NCBI GenBank assembly: GCA_964526125.1
Contig: CAZGKQ010000002.1
Span: forward strand, 1-28,642
Direction of reading: 5' to 3'
Length of the DNA: 28,642 nt
From: an uncultured Faecalibacterium sp.
Lineage (GTDB): Bacteria > Bacillota > Clostridia > Christensenellales > Aristaeellaceae
This document shows, one piece after another, positions 8,901 to 17,497 of this stretch (within the stretch, counting starts at the first letter, position 1; every line of letters starts with the position of its first letter). Both the position numbers and the translations under genes were made by a program. The notes below the pieces were generated by a model, which saw only the letters and a list, made by a program, of their open reading frames with translations, was not told where the DNA came from and did no database searches.

Positions 8901-10841
8901 CGCATGCAGGATATAATCGCCTGCCGGAACCATCAGCGTAACTTCGCCTTCACGGTCCGATTCGCCCTCCGCTTCCACCACTTCCATGCCGCCCACGATG
9001 GAAATCAGGCTGAGCTTTGCGCCAGCCACCCCTTCCTCATACTGGCTGCGAGATCCGTTGTTGTTATTATCGCGGAACACATGGACATTCAGCGTCGCCA
9101 GCTGCGTCGCCTGCGCCGTCAGCACGACCGGATCTTCGCTGATGGTCAGGGTGCCGCTGGCAATGGCCGTTTCGTTCATGGTGTCATAGGTAATCAGATA
9201 TGTGCCATATTCCAGCAGATCCAGCTGCCATGCGCCATTTTCATCCGTGACGGCTTCCGCGGCCAGCGTGCCGTCCTGCTTTGTCAGCTGCACCAGCGCA
9301 CCGGCAATGGCTCCCCCCTGCACATCCAGCACCGTGCCGGACGCTTCGCCCGTCGCTCGGTTGCACAGCTGCGGCAGCACCACCGTTTCCCCCGGATTCA
9401 CCGTCACCGTCAGGGAGGCCGTCACGCCGTCCACCGTGTCCATCAGGAACCATTCCGGCGCATCATAGAGGCCGCGCGGCAGCTTTGCCGTAATTTGATA
9501 AGTATCGGGATACAGCTCCGAAAGCACAAACGCCCCGTTCACGGAGAGCGTTTCACTCATGCGCTGGCCGGAAATCGTCACTTCCGCCGGAGCGGACATT
9601 TCTTCCATGCTTCCCGTGATGCCGCCGCTTTGCGTCAACTCCACCTCGTAGCGGTGGGTCTGCATCGGCTCGACGTTGACCATCCATTCCACGGTCTTCT
9701 TCTGCAGGTTCGGATAGCCGTTGACGCTGGTGAGCAGCACGCCGTCCGGCAGCGTCAGCGACACGGTGTAGTTTCCTTTATACAGCTCCTGCTCCAGCAC
9801 CGCTTCCCCTTCCGTCAGATAGCCACTGCGGCTCTCTTCGGTGTCCGCGCTGGTGATGGCATAGGCCACCGCTGCGTTCACGCCGCTCATGCTGATCTGC
9901 ACCGCGCCGTTGACCGGTTCAGGGGTCGGCGTAGGTGTCGGGGTGGGCGTGGGGGTAGGTGTCGGGGTCGGCGTAGGAGTCGGCGTGGGGGTCGGTGTCG
10001 CCGTGGGCGTGGGCGTCGGCGTTTCCGTCGGCACCTCCGTCGGACTCTCGGTCGGTTTTTCCGTCACCACCGGCGTTTCCGTCGGCGCCTCCGTCGGTTC
10101 TTCCGTCGGTGTCGCCGTGGGCGTGGCCGTCGGTGTTGGTGTCGGCGTAGGCGTGGGTGTCGGTGTCGGGGTAGGTGTTGGCGTAGCCGTGGGCACCATC
10201 GTCGGCGCAGAATAATAATAGGAAGCGTCAATTTCAATCACCGACTCCGGGCCGGTATAGCGCTCCACGTTGATAATCTTGTCGCGCCAGCTTTCGATGG
10301 CCAGGGACGCCTCCGTCATGCGCAGGGTATACTGCCCGGCTTTGATGGATTGCGGAAGGGTATAATCGCCCCGGTTATCCGTCTGGAAGGTCATAATCGT
10401 TTCGCCGCGCTCATTGATCAACGCAAAGGAGGAACGGCTTTCTGTATGCACCTTGAACAGACCGGTATCCGTCATGACAGCGATCACCGCATTGTTCAGG
10501 CGGCCATCGCTGATCGAGACGGTATAGCTGCTGTTGACAATCGCTTCTTCCGGCATGGTATCCATGTCGGGAATCAGCTGCACATTGCCCGTCCCCGTTA
10601 GGGTGATCGGCTCGCAGCCAAAGGCCGTGACCTTCAGGCGATTGACCGCCTTGCCGTTCTGCATGACGGTAAATTCGCCCGTCAGCGGCACGGTCACATA
10701 GCTTCCCTGGCTGTCCACATACATTCCCAGAAATTCCAGCTGAAAAATCGTCAGCTCAGTGGCCGTCGCCGGAACCATCATGGATAAGCCCATGACCAGC
10801 ACCAGCAGGAACGACAGGAATTTCTTTCCCAGCTTCCTCAT
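5979..10841 (-). CDS. Large secreted SdrD-B/CnaB-type repeat protein with Pro/Thr linker (~1620 aa)
   Basis: Signal peptide [27 protein letters not shown], a 91-aa PT linker, and about nine repeats of G.V(W/F).D.N.(N/D)G..D.GE.G..G..V.L. The start is at 10841 (GGAGG, 11-nt spacer) or at 10859. Confidence 0.85.
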   Translation of the reverse strand: MRKLGKKFLSFLLVLVMGLSMMVPATATELTIFQLEFLGMYVDSQGSYVTVPLTGEFTVMQNGKAVNRLKVTAFGCEPITLTGTGNVQLIPDMDTMPEEAIVNSSYTVSISDGRLNNAVIAVMTDTGLFKVHTESRSSFALINERGETIMTFQTDNRGDYTLPQSIKAGQYTLRMTEASLAIESWRDKIINVERYTGPESVIEIDASYYYSAPTMVPTATPTPTPTPTPTPTPTPTPTATPTATPTEEPTEAPTETPVVTEKPTESPTEVPTETPTPTPTATPTPTPTPTPTPTPTPTPTPTPTPTPEPVNGAVQISMSGVNAAVAYAITSADTEESRSGYLTEGEAVLEQELYKGNYTVSLTLPDGVLLTSVNGYPNLQKKTVEWMVNVEPMQTHRYEVELTQSGGITGSMEEMSAPAEVTISGQRMSETLSVNGAFVLSELYPDTYQITAKLPRGLYDAPEWFLMDTVDGVTASLTVTVNPGETVVLPQLCNRATGEASGTVLDVQGGAIAGALVQLTKQDGTLAAEAVTDENGAWQLDLLEYGTYLITYDTMNETAIASGTLTISEDPVVLTAQATQLATLNVHVFRDNNNNGSRSQYEEGVAGAKLSLISIVGGMEVVEAEGESDREGEVTLMVPAGDYILHAELPAGFGFGIRSSKNLGEKLSVMEESNDQVQNSTTLTLSAGSVTDVGVGVMTMAALKGMIWLDENDDGIYQDDEPGQAGIKITATGVKNGLVYETESAEDGTFYIGQIRYGTYNVEYSLPDGLVFARYSSTGGSRRSIITSEFKRSEKDQMIFERGDVLETLVGVMKGSDINGICFQDENGNGVWDEGEATLEGVKVVLYRQSISKELLNTVSDADGRFSFSNIRGSTFRVKATIPQGYVYTVQGEGEYANQFVSGTERREYTISDVVLENDSEMTLAIGAVTYGTISGTVYRDEDFSGSFESGESLVSGMKITLTDAQGESRTVKTNKNGVYTFDKVMPGEYTLSATADSGLAFTTMGSGSVLKNLSGGMGEGEPFMLSMGENLVGMDMGLVTPGKVYGTVFADRNDNGLMDEDEKGLTDAKVTLMDENGEVFSATISASGEFVFDAVLPGSYYLTYELPEGSVFAPVAEGGNQITEEGVSEWFSLSAGGVVNAPLCGGLALGEMNAIFFADHNGNGEMDEGEEPLADVSIVLTPSRGDLDEYSACTEEDGTFCFSGLRPDTYTMTILFPEGMVLSTMNSSVTLPLTQGLNAQTVDLEVTHGSQWPDQQLGGVIPAQLTGCVWFDENNDGQMDEGEYTPENETLELLDANGVLVASLTTDLEGRFAIDGLAPGIYSLVYPMVEGVLAPQAGQCTFTEQEGRMVMENITVAEAETIDTPMLGMRKETTIGGQVWLDNGGEIEPVSGATVALLDAEGGELESFVTGEDGLYAFTGLMPGDYLLSVQLPADHVVVEAADERLSSGELISVMAQCGTQQGQSAPITLRMGQDLLTMNIGSVKSGTLGDFCWLDLNGNGLQDSGELGLAYMTVELWRDGQKVASTTTDEYGFYRFEKLYPGVYTLKVDYPAQVKPTQQRTDFSSIVSVMGEGDESIPVQVQSAAETLTADLGFVLVEDGVYPASYGVGAQQDWTQAK
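9921..10193 (-). repeat. Pro/Thr-rich (PT)n coding repeat, 91 aa
   Basis: [10 protein letters not shown]...[13 protein letters not shown]...PTPTPTP. Degenerate 6-bp periodicity with varied third codon positions. Confidence 0.95.
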
Positions 10842-10952
10842 CTTGCTTCTTGCCTCCATCTGATCCCCATTCACCATCGGAAACCTGCGGTCAATGGGGA
10901 TAAATCATCCCATTCCCATGGGGAGCGGAATTTCACAGTTATCGCAATTTAC

Positions 10953-10981
10953 ATGGTAAATCAAACATCGCCACTTGTCAA
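10953..10981 (-). promoter_or_regulatory. sigma70-type promoter of the SdrD-B repeat gene
   Basis: TTGACA (10981-10976), 17 nt, TACCAT (10958-10953). Confidence 0.7.
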
Positions 10982-11025
10982 CCTTTCCAGCAGTTTTTTT
11001 ACATTTTCGACTCAATTTTTGCGCG

Positions 11026-11067
11026 AAGAAAAGGGCGCATGACCCTTCTTTTTTGCCATGCACCCTT
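11026..11067 (-). terminator. Intrinsic terminator after the GH27 gene
   Basis: Minus strand AAGGGTGCATG pairs with CATGCGCCCTT, followed by TTCTT. Lies 15 nt past the stop at 11082. Confidence 0.75.
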
Positions 11068-11081
11068 GTTTTATTTTATTT

Positions 11082-12329
11082 TCAGGAAATCAGGAAAACC
11101 GCCGCGTCGTGCGCAGGCAGCGTGACGGTCAGGCCGTTTTCCGCCGTCTCCTCGCGGCCAGTCCACAGCTCGCGCGCCTTGCCGACGTGTCCTTCCAGCA
11201 TCTCCGGCGCGATGGACACCGTGCGCTCCTCGTCCGACAGGTTGAACAGCGCCGCATACATGCCGCAACCGTCCTGACGCGGCGCAAGCCACAGGCTTTC
11301 CGTCTCCGTGGTCGTCAGCGGATGGCCGCACCAGCTCTGCTGGCCAATCGCCAGCACATCCGCGTTCGTCAGCAGCGACAGGGTGAACGCGTCGTTCTTC
11401 GTCATTTCGCCGCCCATCATCAGCGGTGAGCGCATCATGCTCCACAGCGTCATCATCGTGCGCTGTTCCGCCTGGGTGAAATGCGTCCAGTCGTTCACGT
11501 CGGTGCATTGGCGCAGCGCTCCCAGCGGCAGCATGTCCGCATCCGGCCAGTGACCCGGTGCCGCATGCACGCACCACTTTTCCGCGCGCTCAAACATGCC
11601 CTTGAGCAGCCGCCAGTCATCCCAGAAGTCATCGGTGATGCGCCACATGTTGGCATAACGCTTCAAATGCTCCGCACGCTCCACCGGTGCAGGTCCCGGC
11701 GAAAGCGAGAGCACCATATCGCGGCCAGACGCACGGCAAGCGCCAGAAATCAGCTCAATTTCCTTCTGGCAATGCGGATATTCCCGGGCAATATCATCGC
11801 ACTTGATGAAGTCAACGCCCCACTGCGCATACATCTGGAAGATGCTGTTGTAATACGCCGCCGCTTCCGGACGGTCGCAGTACAAGCCGTACATATCCGG
11901 ATTCCAGGCGCAGATGCTGTTGGGATTGGCCGCCTCATGGCAGCCCTTATCGCTGCCTAGAATCGGCAGATGCTGATGCGCCGCCATCCGGGGCATGCCA
12001 CGCATGATGTGGATGCCAAACTTCAGCCCCAGCGAATGCACATAATCCGCCAGCGGCTTAAAGCCCTTGCCGCCTTCGGAGGACGGGAAGCGCCCTGGTG
12101 CCGGCTGAAGGCGGCCATATTCATCCATGATGACATGGGAGAACGGCTCATAGGCGTGGGAGCTGGCCGTGGGCTGATACCACTGAATATCCACCACGAT
12201 GTATTCCCAGCCATATTGCTTCAGGTTTTTCGCCATGTAGTCCGCATTCTGGCGAACCGTTTTTTCATCGACTGCGGCGCCGTAACAGTCCCAGCTGTTC
12301 CAGCCCATCGGAGGGGTCTGCGCAATCAT
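11082..12329 (-). CDS. abp: GH27 glycoside hydrolase, probable beta-L-arabinopyranosidase (Abp-like), cytoplasmic (415 aa)
   Basis: TPPMGWNSWDCYG, YIVVDIQWY, GLKFGIHIMRG, VDFIKCDD (nucleophile), NMWRITDDFWD (acid/base), GHWPDADMLPLG. Resembles Geobacillus Abp from memory. Start at 12329 after AAAGGAG. No signal peptide. Confidence 0.85.
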   Translation of the reverse strand: MIAQTPPMGWNSWDCYGAAVDEKTVRQNADYMAKNLKQYGWEYIVVDIQWYQPTASSHAYEPFSHVIMDEYGRLQPAPGRFPSSEGGKGFKPLADYVHSLGLKFGIHIMRGMPRMAAHQHLPILGSDKGCHEAANPNSICAWNPDMYGLYCDRPEAAAYYNSIFQMYAQWGVDFIKCDDIAREYPHCQKEIELISGACRASGRDMVLSLSPGPAPVERAEHLKRYANMWRITDDFWDDWRLLKGMFERAEKWCVHAAPGHWPDADMLPLGALRQCTDVNDWTHFTQAEQRTMMTLWSMMRSPLMMGGEMTKNDAFTLSLLTNADVLAIGQQSWCGHPLTTTETESLWLAPRQDGCGMYAALFNLSDEERTVSIAPEMLEGHVGKARELWTGREETAENGLTVTLPAHDAAVFLIS

Positions 12330-12403
12330 GTTTTTCGCTCCTTTTTGTCTGTTTTCTGTCTGTGCCGTCTGTCGGCAAATGAAGGGGATTTTCGATGGTG
12401 TAG

Positions 12404-12432
12404 ACAATATCACAAAAACATTTTTCTGTCAA
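12404..12432 (-). promoter_or_regulatory. sigma70-type promoter of the GH27 gene
   Basis: TTGACA (12432-12427), 17 nt, TATTGT (12409-12404), with an extended TG. Confidence 0.7.
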
Positions 12433-12459
12433 TCCCCCAAATCCGGAAAAGGCAAAAAA

Positions 12460-13380
12460 TCAGTATACCATCTTTTCCGCGCTGTAGACATTGCGGAACT
12501 GGCTGGGCGTGCAGCCGCGAATGGCTCTGAAAACGCGGTTGAAGGTGGCGATGCTGCCAAAGCCTACGCGCAGCGCCACCTGCGTCACCGGCAGATCGGA
12601 CTGGCTGAGCAGCTCCGCCGCCATCGACACGCGCCGCGTGTTCAGGTACTGCGTGAAGGTGTTGCCCGTATGCCGGGTAAACATGCGGCTGAGGGTATAG
12701 CGGCTGAATCCGGCATAATCCGCCAGCGAATCCAGCGTAATGTCTTCGGCGTAGTTCTTGTTGACATATTCCAGCGCCCGGTTAAATGCATCCTCGCCGG
12801 AAATCCGGTTGATGGCGTTCATCTCCTCCCGGCTGGCAATGCGCGGCAGGTACTTTTCCCCCAGCAGCGCGTACATGTCCAGCAGACGCGCATAGCAGTG
12901 AAGATTGCGCAGCGTGGAGTAGCTCTCGTAAATCTTCACCAGTTCCATCAGCACCGCATGCACCTCCGCCGTCACCTCTTCCTCCCGGTTGAGATAAATC
13001 GTGCGCAGCATCAGGGCGCGCAGGGCGGAAAATTCCTTCATTGTGAACGCACCGTTCATCTCAAAGATGATGAGATACCGCGCATTGCCCTGATCCATTT
13101 TTAGCGCATGCGGTTCGCCCGGCGGAATAATCAGCACCTCGCCCTCGCGGACGAAGAACTTTTCCTTCTGCGTCGTGACCTGACACCCCCCCATTGTTGG
13201 CAGACAGATTTCCACCGCCGAATGATAGTGCATCTCATACATATCCGTAATCGCGCCGTACCATACGCGCACCGTCGCGTTCTTCTGATAAGTGATGAAT
13301 TCGCGTTCTCCCTTCATCACGCGGAATCCGCTGGCTGTCCTGGGGCGATCCAGTTCATCAATCAGCTGCCGGTTGTTCAT
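12460..13380 (-). CDS. AraC-family transcriptional regulator with N-terminal cupin (306 aa)
   Basis: MHYHSAVEI...GEVLIIPPGEPH cupin. C-terminal ITLDSLADYAGFSRYTLSRMF...VALRVGFGSIATFNRVF....GCTPSQFR double HTH. RBS GGAGG. Confidence 0.95.
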   Translation of the reverse strand: MNNRQLIDELDRPRTASGFRVMKGEREFITYQKNATVRVWYGAITDMYEMHYHSAVEICLPTMGGCQVTTQKEKFFVREGEVLIIPPGEPHALKMDQGNARYLIIFEMNGAFTMKEFSALRALMLRTIYLNREEEVTAEVHAVLMELVKIYESYSTLRNLHCYARLLDMYALLGEKYLPRIASREEMNAINRISGEDAFNRALEYVNKNYAEDITLDSLADYAGFSRYTLSRMFTRHTGNTFTQYLNTRRVSMAAELLSQSDLPVTQVALRVGFGSIATFNRVFRAIRGCTPSQFRNVYSAEKMVY

Positions 13381-13437
13381 ACGCGCCTTTCCTCCCTTTT
13401 CGTGCAGAATTCAGCGTTTTCGCACCCCTTTTTCACC

Positions 13438-13466
13438 ATCATATCACAAAGCACAACGAATTTCAA
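13438..13466 (-). promoter_or_regulatory. sigma70-type promoter of the araC-like gene
   Basis: TTGAAA (13466-13461), 17 nt, TATGAT (13443-13438), with an extended TG. Confidence 0.7.
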
Positions 13467-13522
13467 GCAAACATTGAGAAAAGACGAACAAAATTTGATA
13501 AGAAATTATCCGCTGTAGCATT

Positions 13523-13590
13523 TATAATATGGTTGAAAGTAAGCCGTTTTGCATCATCGTCCCGTTTTGCATGAGGCGATACGTTTTGCA
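13523..13590 (+). promoter_or_regulatory. -10 box and triple CGTTTTGCA direct repeat ahead of the uptake operon
   Basis: TATAAT at 13523-13528 with no consensus -35 at 17 nt. CGTTTTGCA starts at 13545, 13563 and 13582. Confidence 0.5.
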
Positions 13591-13631
13591 AATTGAAATG
13601 CGGCACAAATTGAAGGAGGGACGACGGAAAG

Positions 13632-16535
13632 ATGGAGCGCTCGTTTGGCAGCAAGTACGGAAAATGGATCGCGGCCATCGTGGTCGTGCTGGCGCTGGTG
13701 CTATGGTTTGTCCTGTCATCCGGCGTTGAAAGCTACAAGGATAAGTATGAAGGCACCGACCTGAATACCAGCATCGGCGATATTGGCCGTGACAATACCT
13801 ACGCCCTGTATCTGCAAGCGCACGAAGACGCAGTGGATGCGACGCAGGACATTTCCGTGGACGTGACAGCAGTGCAGCCGGGCGAGGGCATCGAGCTGCG
13901 TGAGGAGGGCGTTTACACCGCCAATGGCTCCTCCGCCGTCTTCACCGTGAATGTTCCCGAATCCGGCTTCTATAACATTGCGCTGACCTACCTGACGGTG
14001 GAAGCGCGTGGTGTTGACCTGGAGCGCGAAATCCTCATCAACGGCCTCCTGCCCTTTGACGGTGCGGACACGATGACCTTCAGCCGCCTGTGGCATGACG
14101 GCGGTGAAGTGCGCCAGGACTCGCAGGGCAATGACATCCGCCCGTCGCAGACGGAAGTCTTCGACTGGCAGACCGCCTACTGCCGCGACGCGATGGGCTA
14201 CATCACCGAACCGTATCGCTTCTACTTTGAAGCCGGTGAAAACACCATCACCCTGAACGCCAACAGCGAGCCGATGATTCTTTCCGCCATGACGCTGACG
14301 GTGCCGCAGCAGATGCAGTCCTACGCCGACTACGCCGCTGCGCAGCCGCAGGAGAACAACGTCAGCGCCGATTATGAGCTGATTCTTCAGGGCGAGGACA
14401 GTTCGCTGCGTTCCTCCCCTTCCCTCTACGCTCGCTATGACCGTTCCTCTCCGGCCACCATCCCCTGCGACGTAAGCAAGACGGTGCTGAACTACATCGG
14501 CGGCGATGCCTGGCGCGATGCCGGACAGTGGATCGAATGGAGCTTCGAGGTTCCGGAAAGCGGCTGGTACAACATCACCATCAAGGGTCGTCAGACCTAC
14601 AACCGCGGCAGCGTTTCCAGCCGCATCCTCTACATCGACGGCCAGATTCCCTTTGCCGGCATGGAGAACGTCTCCTTCCCCTACAGCAGCACCTGGACGA
14701 TGAACACCCTCTCCGATGAGGAAGGCACGCCCTACCGCTTCTATCTGGAAGCAGGCAGCCACACCCTCCGCCTGGAAGCGACGCTGGGCGACATGGGTAC
14801 CATTCTCTCCGACATGGAAGAGAGCATCTACCGCCTGAACCAGATGTACCGCAAGCTGCTGGTGTTGACTGGCGTGAACCCCGACCGCTATCGTGACTAT
14901 CACCTCGATCAGGTTTACCCCGAAATCATTGAGGCGATGGAGCTGGAAAGCCGCCTGCTCTACAAGCTGGTGGACGACACCGTCGCCATCACCGGCCAGA
15001 AGTCCGACCGCATTGCGGTGGCGCAGACGCTGGCCGTGCAGCTGGAAAAATTCGTGGACGACTCCGCGAAAATCACCGAATCCTTCACCAACTTCAAGGA
15101 TAACATCACCTCTCTGGGTACTTCCATGCAGAGCATGCGCGAAGTCAAGCTGGACATTGACCTGATCGCCATCACGGCGGACGGCCACAGCGCCGAGCAG
15201 CCCTCGGAAAACTTCATCGACCGTGCGCTGCATGAAATCAAGTCCTGCATCACTTCCTATTTTGTGGACTACAACGCCCTGGGCGATGTCTATGAAGATT
15301 CTGAGGACGTGTTGGAAGTCTGGATTCTGACCGGTCGCGACCAGTCCACCGTTTTGAAGACGATGGTCGACGACACCTTCACCCCCACCTATGGCGTGAA
15401 GGTGAACGTCATGCTGGTTGACCCCAACGCCCTGCTGAACGCTGTCGTGGCCGGTAACGGCCCGGACGTGGTGATTTCCACCGACAGCTGGAACCCCGTC
15501 AACTATGCGCTGCGCCACGCGGTGGAAGACCTGAGACAGTTTGAAGACCTCGACACGGTGCTGGAGCAGTTCTATCCCAGTGCTTACGCTGCCTTCCAGT
15601 TCAACGATGGCCTGTACGCCCTGCCGGAGACGCAGATGTGCTCCGTGCTGTTCTACCGCAACGACATTCTGGAAGAATACGGCCTGGAAGTGCCGGAAAC
15701 GTGGGATGACCTGATCGCCATGCTACCCACGATTCAGGGCGCAAACATGTCCATCGGTATCCCCTACCCCGACATCACCGCACCGAACCTTTCTACTTAT
15801 TACTCCATGCTCTATCAACGCGGCGGCGCGCTCTATAATGAGGATGCCACGCATACCACCATCAACTCCGAGGTGGGCGTTCAGGCTTTCGAGCTTTACA
15901 CCAGCCTCTATAACGACTACGGTCTGCCCACGGTGTTCGACTTCGTGAGCCGCTTCCGTTCGGGCGAGATGCCGATCGGTATCTTCGACTACACCACCTA
16001 CAACACCCTGACCGTTTCCGCGCCGGAAATCCGCGGCCTGTGGGATATGGCCATCATGCCCGGCACGCTCGTCACCGCCGAGGACGGCACGACTTATGTT
16101 GACCACTCCGTGCATTCCCAGGGCGCGTGCTGCATGATGATCGCCACGGACAGCGAAACGACGAAGCAGAACGCCTGGAGCTTCATGAAGTGGTGGACCT
16201 CCACCGACGCGCAGGTGCGCTTTGGCCGCGAGATTGAAGCCGTTCTGGGTTCTTCCGCACGCTACGCCACGGCTAACATCGCCGCCATTGAACAGCTGGC
16301 CTGGTCTGAGGAGCAGCTGGCCGTCATTCGCGAGCAGATGACGTGGGCTGTGGGCTTCCGCGAGGTTGCCGGTGGCTACTACACCACGCGCCACATGACC
16401 AACGCCGTGCGCAAGGTCACCAACGACAAGACGGACGCGCGCGAAACGCTGCTGGATTACGCCCGTACCATTGACGAAGAAATCAACAAGAAGCGTCTGG
16501 AATTCGGTCTGCCGATCGATACCGAAACGCCCTGA
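13632..16535 (+). CDS. Giant membrane-anchored sugar-binding protein: TM, two CBM6/35-like beta-sandwiches, helical region, family-1 SBP domain (967 aa)
   Basis: RBS AAGGAGG and N-terminal TM (aa 12-28). Duplicated VPESG(F/W)YNI...PYRFY(F/L)EAG motifs. C-terminal SBP motifs GNGPDV, DGLYALP, YRNDILEEYGLEVPETWDDL, AWSFMKWW. Confidence 0.88.
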   Translation: MERSFGSKYGKWIAAIVVVLALVLWFVLSSGVESYKDKYEGTDLNTSIGDIGRDNTYALYLQAHEDAVDATQDISVDVTAVQPGEGIELREEGVYTANGSSAVFTVNVPESGFYNIALTYLTVEARGVDLEREILINGLLPFDGADTMTFSRLWHDGGEVRQDSQGNDIRPSQTEVFDWQTAYCRDAMGYITEPYRFYFEAGENTITLNANSEPMILSAMTLTVPQQMQSYADYAAAQPQENNVSADYELILQGEDSSLRSSPSLYARYDRSSPATIPCDVSKTVLNYIGGDAWRDAGQWIEWSFEVPESGWYNITIKGRQTYNRGSVSSRILYIDGQIPFAGMENVSFPYSSTWTMNTLSDEEGTPYRFYLEAGSHTLRLEATLGDMGTILSDMEESIYRLNQMYRKLLVLTGVNPDRYRDYHLDQVYPEIIEAMELESRLLYKLVDDTVAITGQKSDRIAVAQTLAVQLEKFVDDSAKITESFTNFKDNITSLGTSMQSMREVKLDIDLIAITADGHSAEQPSENFIDRALHEIKSCITSYFVDYNALGDVYEDSEDVLEVWILTGRDQSTVLKTMVDDTFTPTYGVKVNVMLVDPNALLNAVVAGNGPDVVISTDSWNPVNYALRHAVEDLRQFEDLDTVLEQFYPSAYAAFQFNDGLYALPETQMCSVLFYRNDILEEYGLEVPETWDDLIAMLPTIQGANMSIGIPYPDITAPNLSTYYSMLYQRGGALYNEDATHTTINSEVGVQAFELYTSLYNDYGLPTVFDFVSRFRSGEMPIGIFDYTTYNTLTVSAPEIRGLWDMAIMPGTLVTAEDGTTYVDHSVHSQGACCMMIATDSETTKQNAWSFMKWWTSTDAQVRFGREIEAVLGSSARYATANIAAIEQLAWSEEQLAVIREQMTWAVGFREVAGGYYTTRHMTNAVRKVTNDKTDARETLLDYARTIDEEINKKRLEFGLPIDTETP

Positions 16536-16558
16536 GCGAAAGGAGGAAGCGAATCACC

Positions 16559-17497
16559 ATGGCCACATTCCTGAAAAAGTATTTCATGCTCAGGAAGCGC
16601 AACACCATCATCGCCTGGGATAAGGCCAAGCACATGAAGTTCTGCTACGCCTTTCTGGCGCCCTATGCGATTCTGTTCCTGACGTTCTACATTCTCCCGA
16701 TGCTGACGTCCATCTACTATTCCTTCACCTACAACAACATTCTGGAACCGGCGCGCTTCATCGGCGCACAGAACTACATCACCCTGATTTTGAAGGACGA
16801 TGTGTTCCTGACGGCGGTGAAGAACACCTTCCTGCTGGCCGTGATTACAGGCCCTATCGGCTACATCATGTCCTTCGGCTTTGCCTGGCTGATTAACGAG
16901 CTGCCGCGCTGGATCCGCACCATCGCCGTGGTCATCTTCTATGCGCCCTCCATCGCCGGTAATGCCTACTACATCTTCTCCATCATCTTCCGTGGCGATG
17001 CTTACGGCTACCTGAACGCCATCCTGATGGATCTGGGCATCATCAATGCCCCCATCCTCTGGCTGACCAATCCGGATTACATCATGCCGGTGATTATCAT
17101 CGTCACGCTGTGGATGAGCATGTCCACCGGCTTCCTGTCCTTCGTGGCCGGTTTGCAGGGCGTTGACCGTGCCCAGTATGAGGCCGGTTATGTCGACGGC
17201 ATTCGCAACCGCTGGCAGGAGCTGTGGTACATCACCCTGCCCAACATGAAGCCCATGCTGATGTTCGGCGCGGTCATGTCCATCACGTCGGCCTTCGGCG
17301 TGTGCGACGTGCCGATGGCGCTGGCCGGTTTCCCCTCCACGGATTACGCCGCTCACACCGTCGTCACCCACCTGTTTGACTACGGCTTCACCCGTTTTGA
17401 AATGGGTTATGCATCCGCCATCGCCACGCTGCTGTTCCTGGTGATGATCCTGTGCAACAAGTTGATTCAGAGCGCACTGAGGAGGATCGGCACATGA
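16559..17497 (+). CDS. Carbohydrate ABC permease (MalF/UgpA-like), pair 1 (312 aa)
   Basis: YAFLAPY, FIGAQNY, EAA loop QYEAGYVDGI..RWQELWYITLP, FEMGYASAIA. Confidence 0.93.
   Translation: MATFLKKYFMLRKRNTIIAWDKAKHMKFCYAFLAPYAILFLTFYILPMLTSIYYSFTYNNILEPARFIGAQNYITLILKDDVFLTAVKNTFLLAVITGPIGYIMSFGFAWLINELPRWIRTIAVVIFYAPSIAGNAYYIFSIIFRGDAYGYLNAILMDLGIINAPILWLTNPDYIMPVIIIVTLWMSMSTGFLSFVAGLQGVDRAQYEAGYVDGIRNRWQELWYITLPNMKPMLMFGAVMSITSAFGVCDVPMALAGFPSTDYAAHTVVTHLFDYGFTRFEMGYASAIATLLFLVMILCNKLIQSALRRIGT

Noticed and set aside
9921-10193. Periodic GGYGTN array as CRISPR or a phase-variable tract
   Set aside because: It is an in-frame PT coding repeat with synonymous variation. There are no spacers or cas genes, and unit changes would preserve the frame.
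10860-10946. c-di-GMP-II riboswitch suggested by AACTGTGAA in the surface-protein leader
   Set aside because: The GGGCAC and GTGCAACC pseudoknot elements are absent, and there is no GEMM-I GCAAA/GAAA architecture either.
13536-13610. Canonical cre (CcpA) site
   Set aside because: Only right half-sites are present. No full TGNNANCGNWWNCA palindrome could be aligned.
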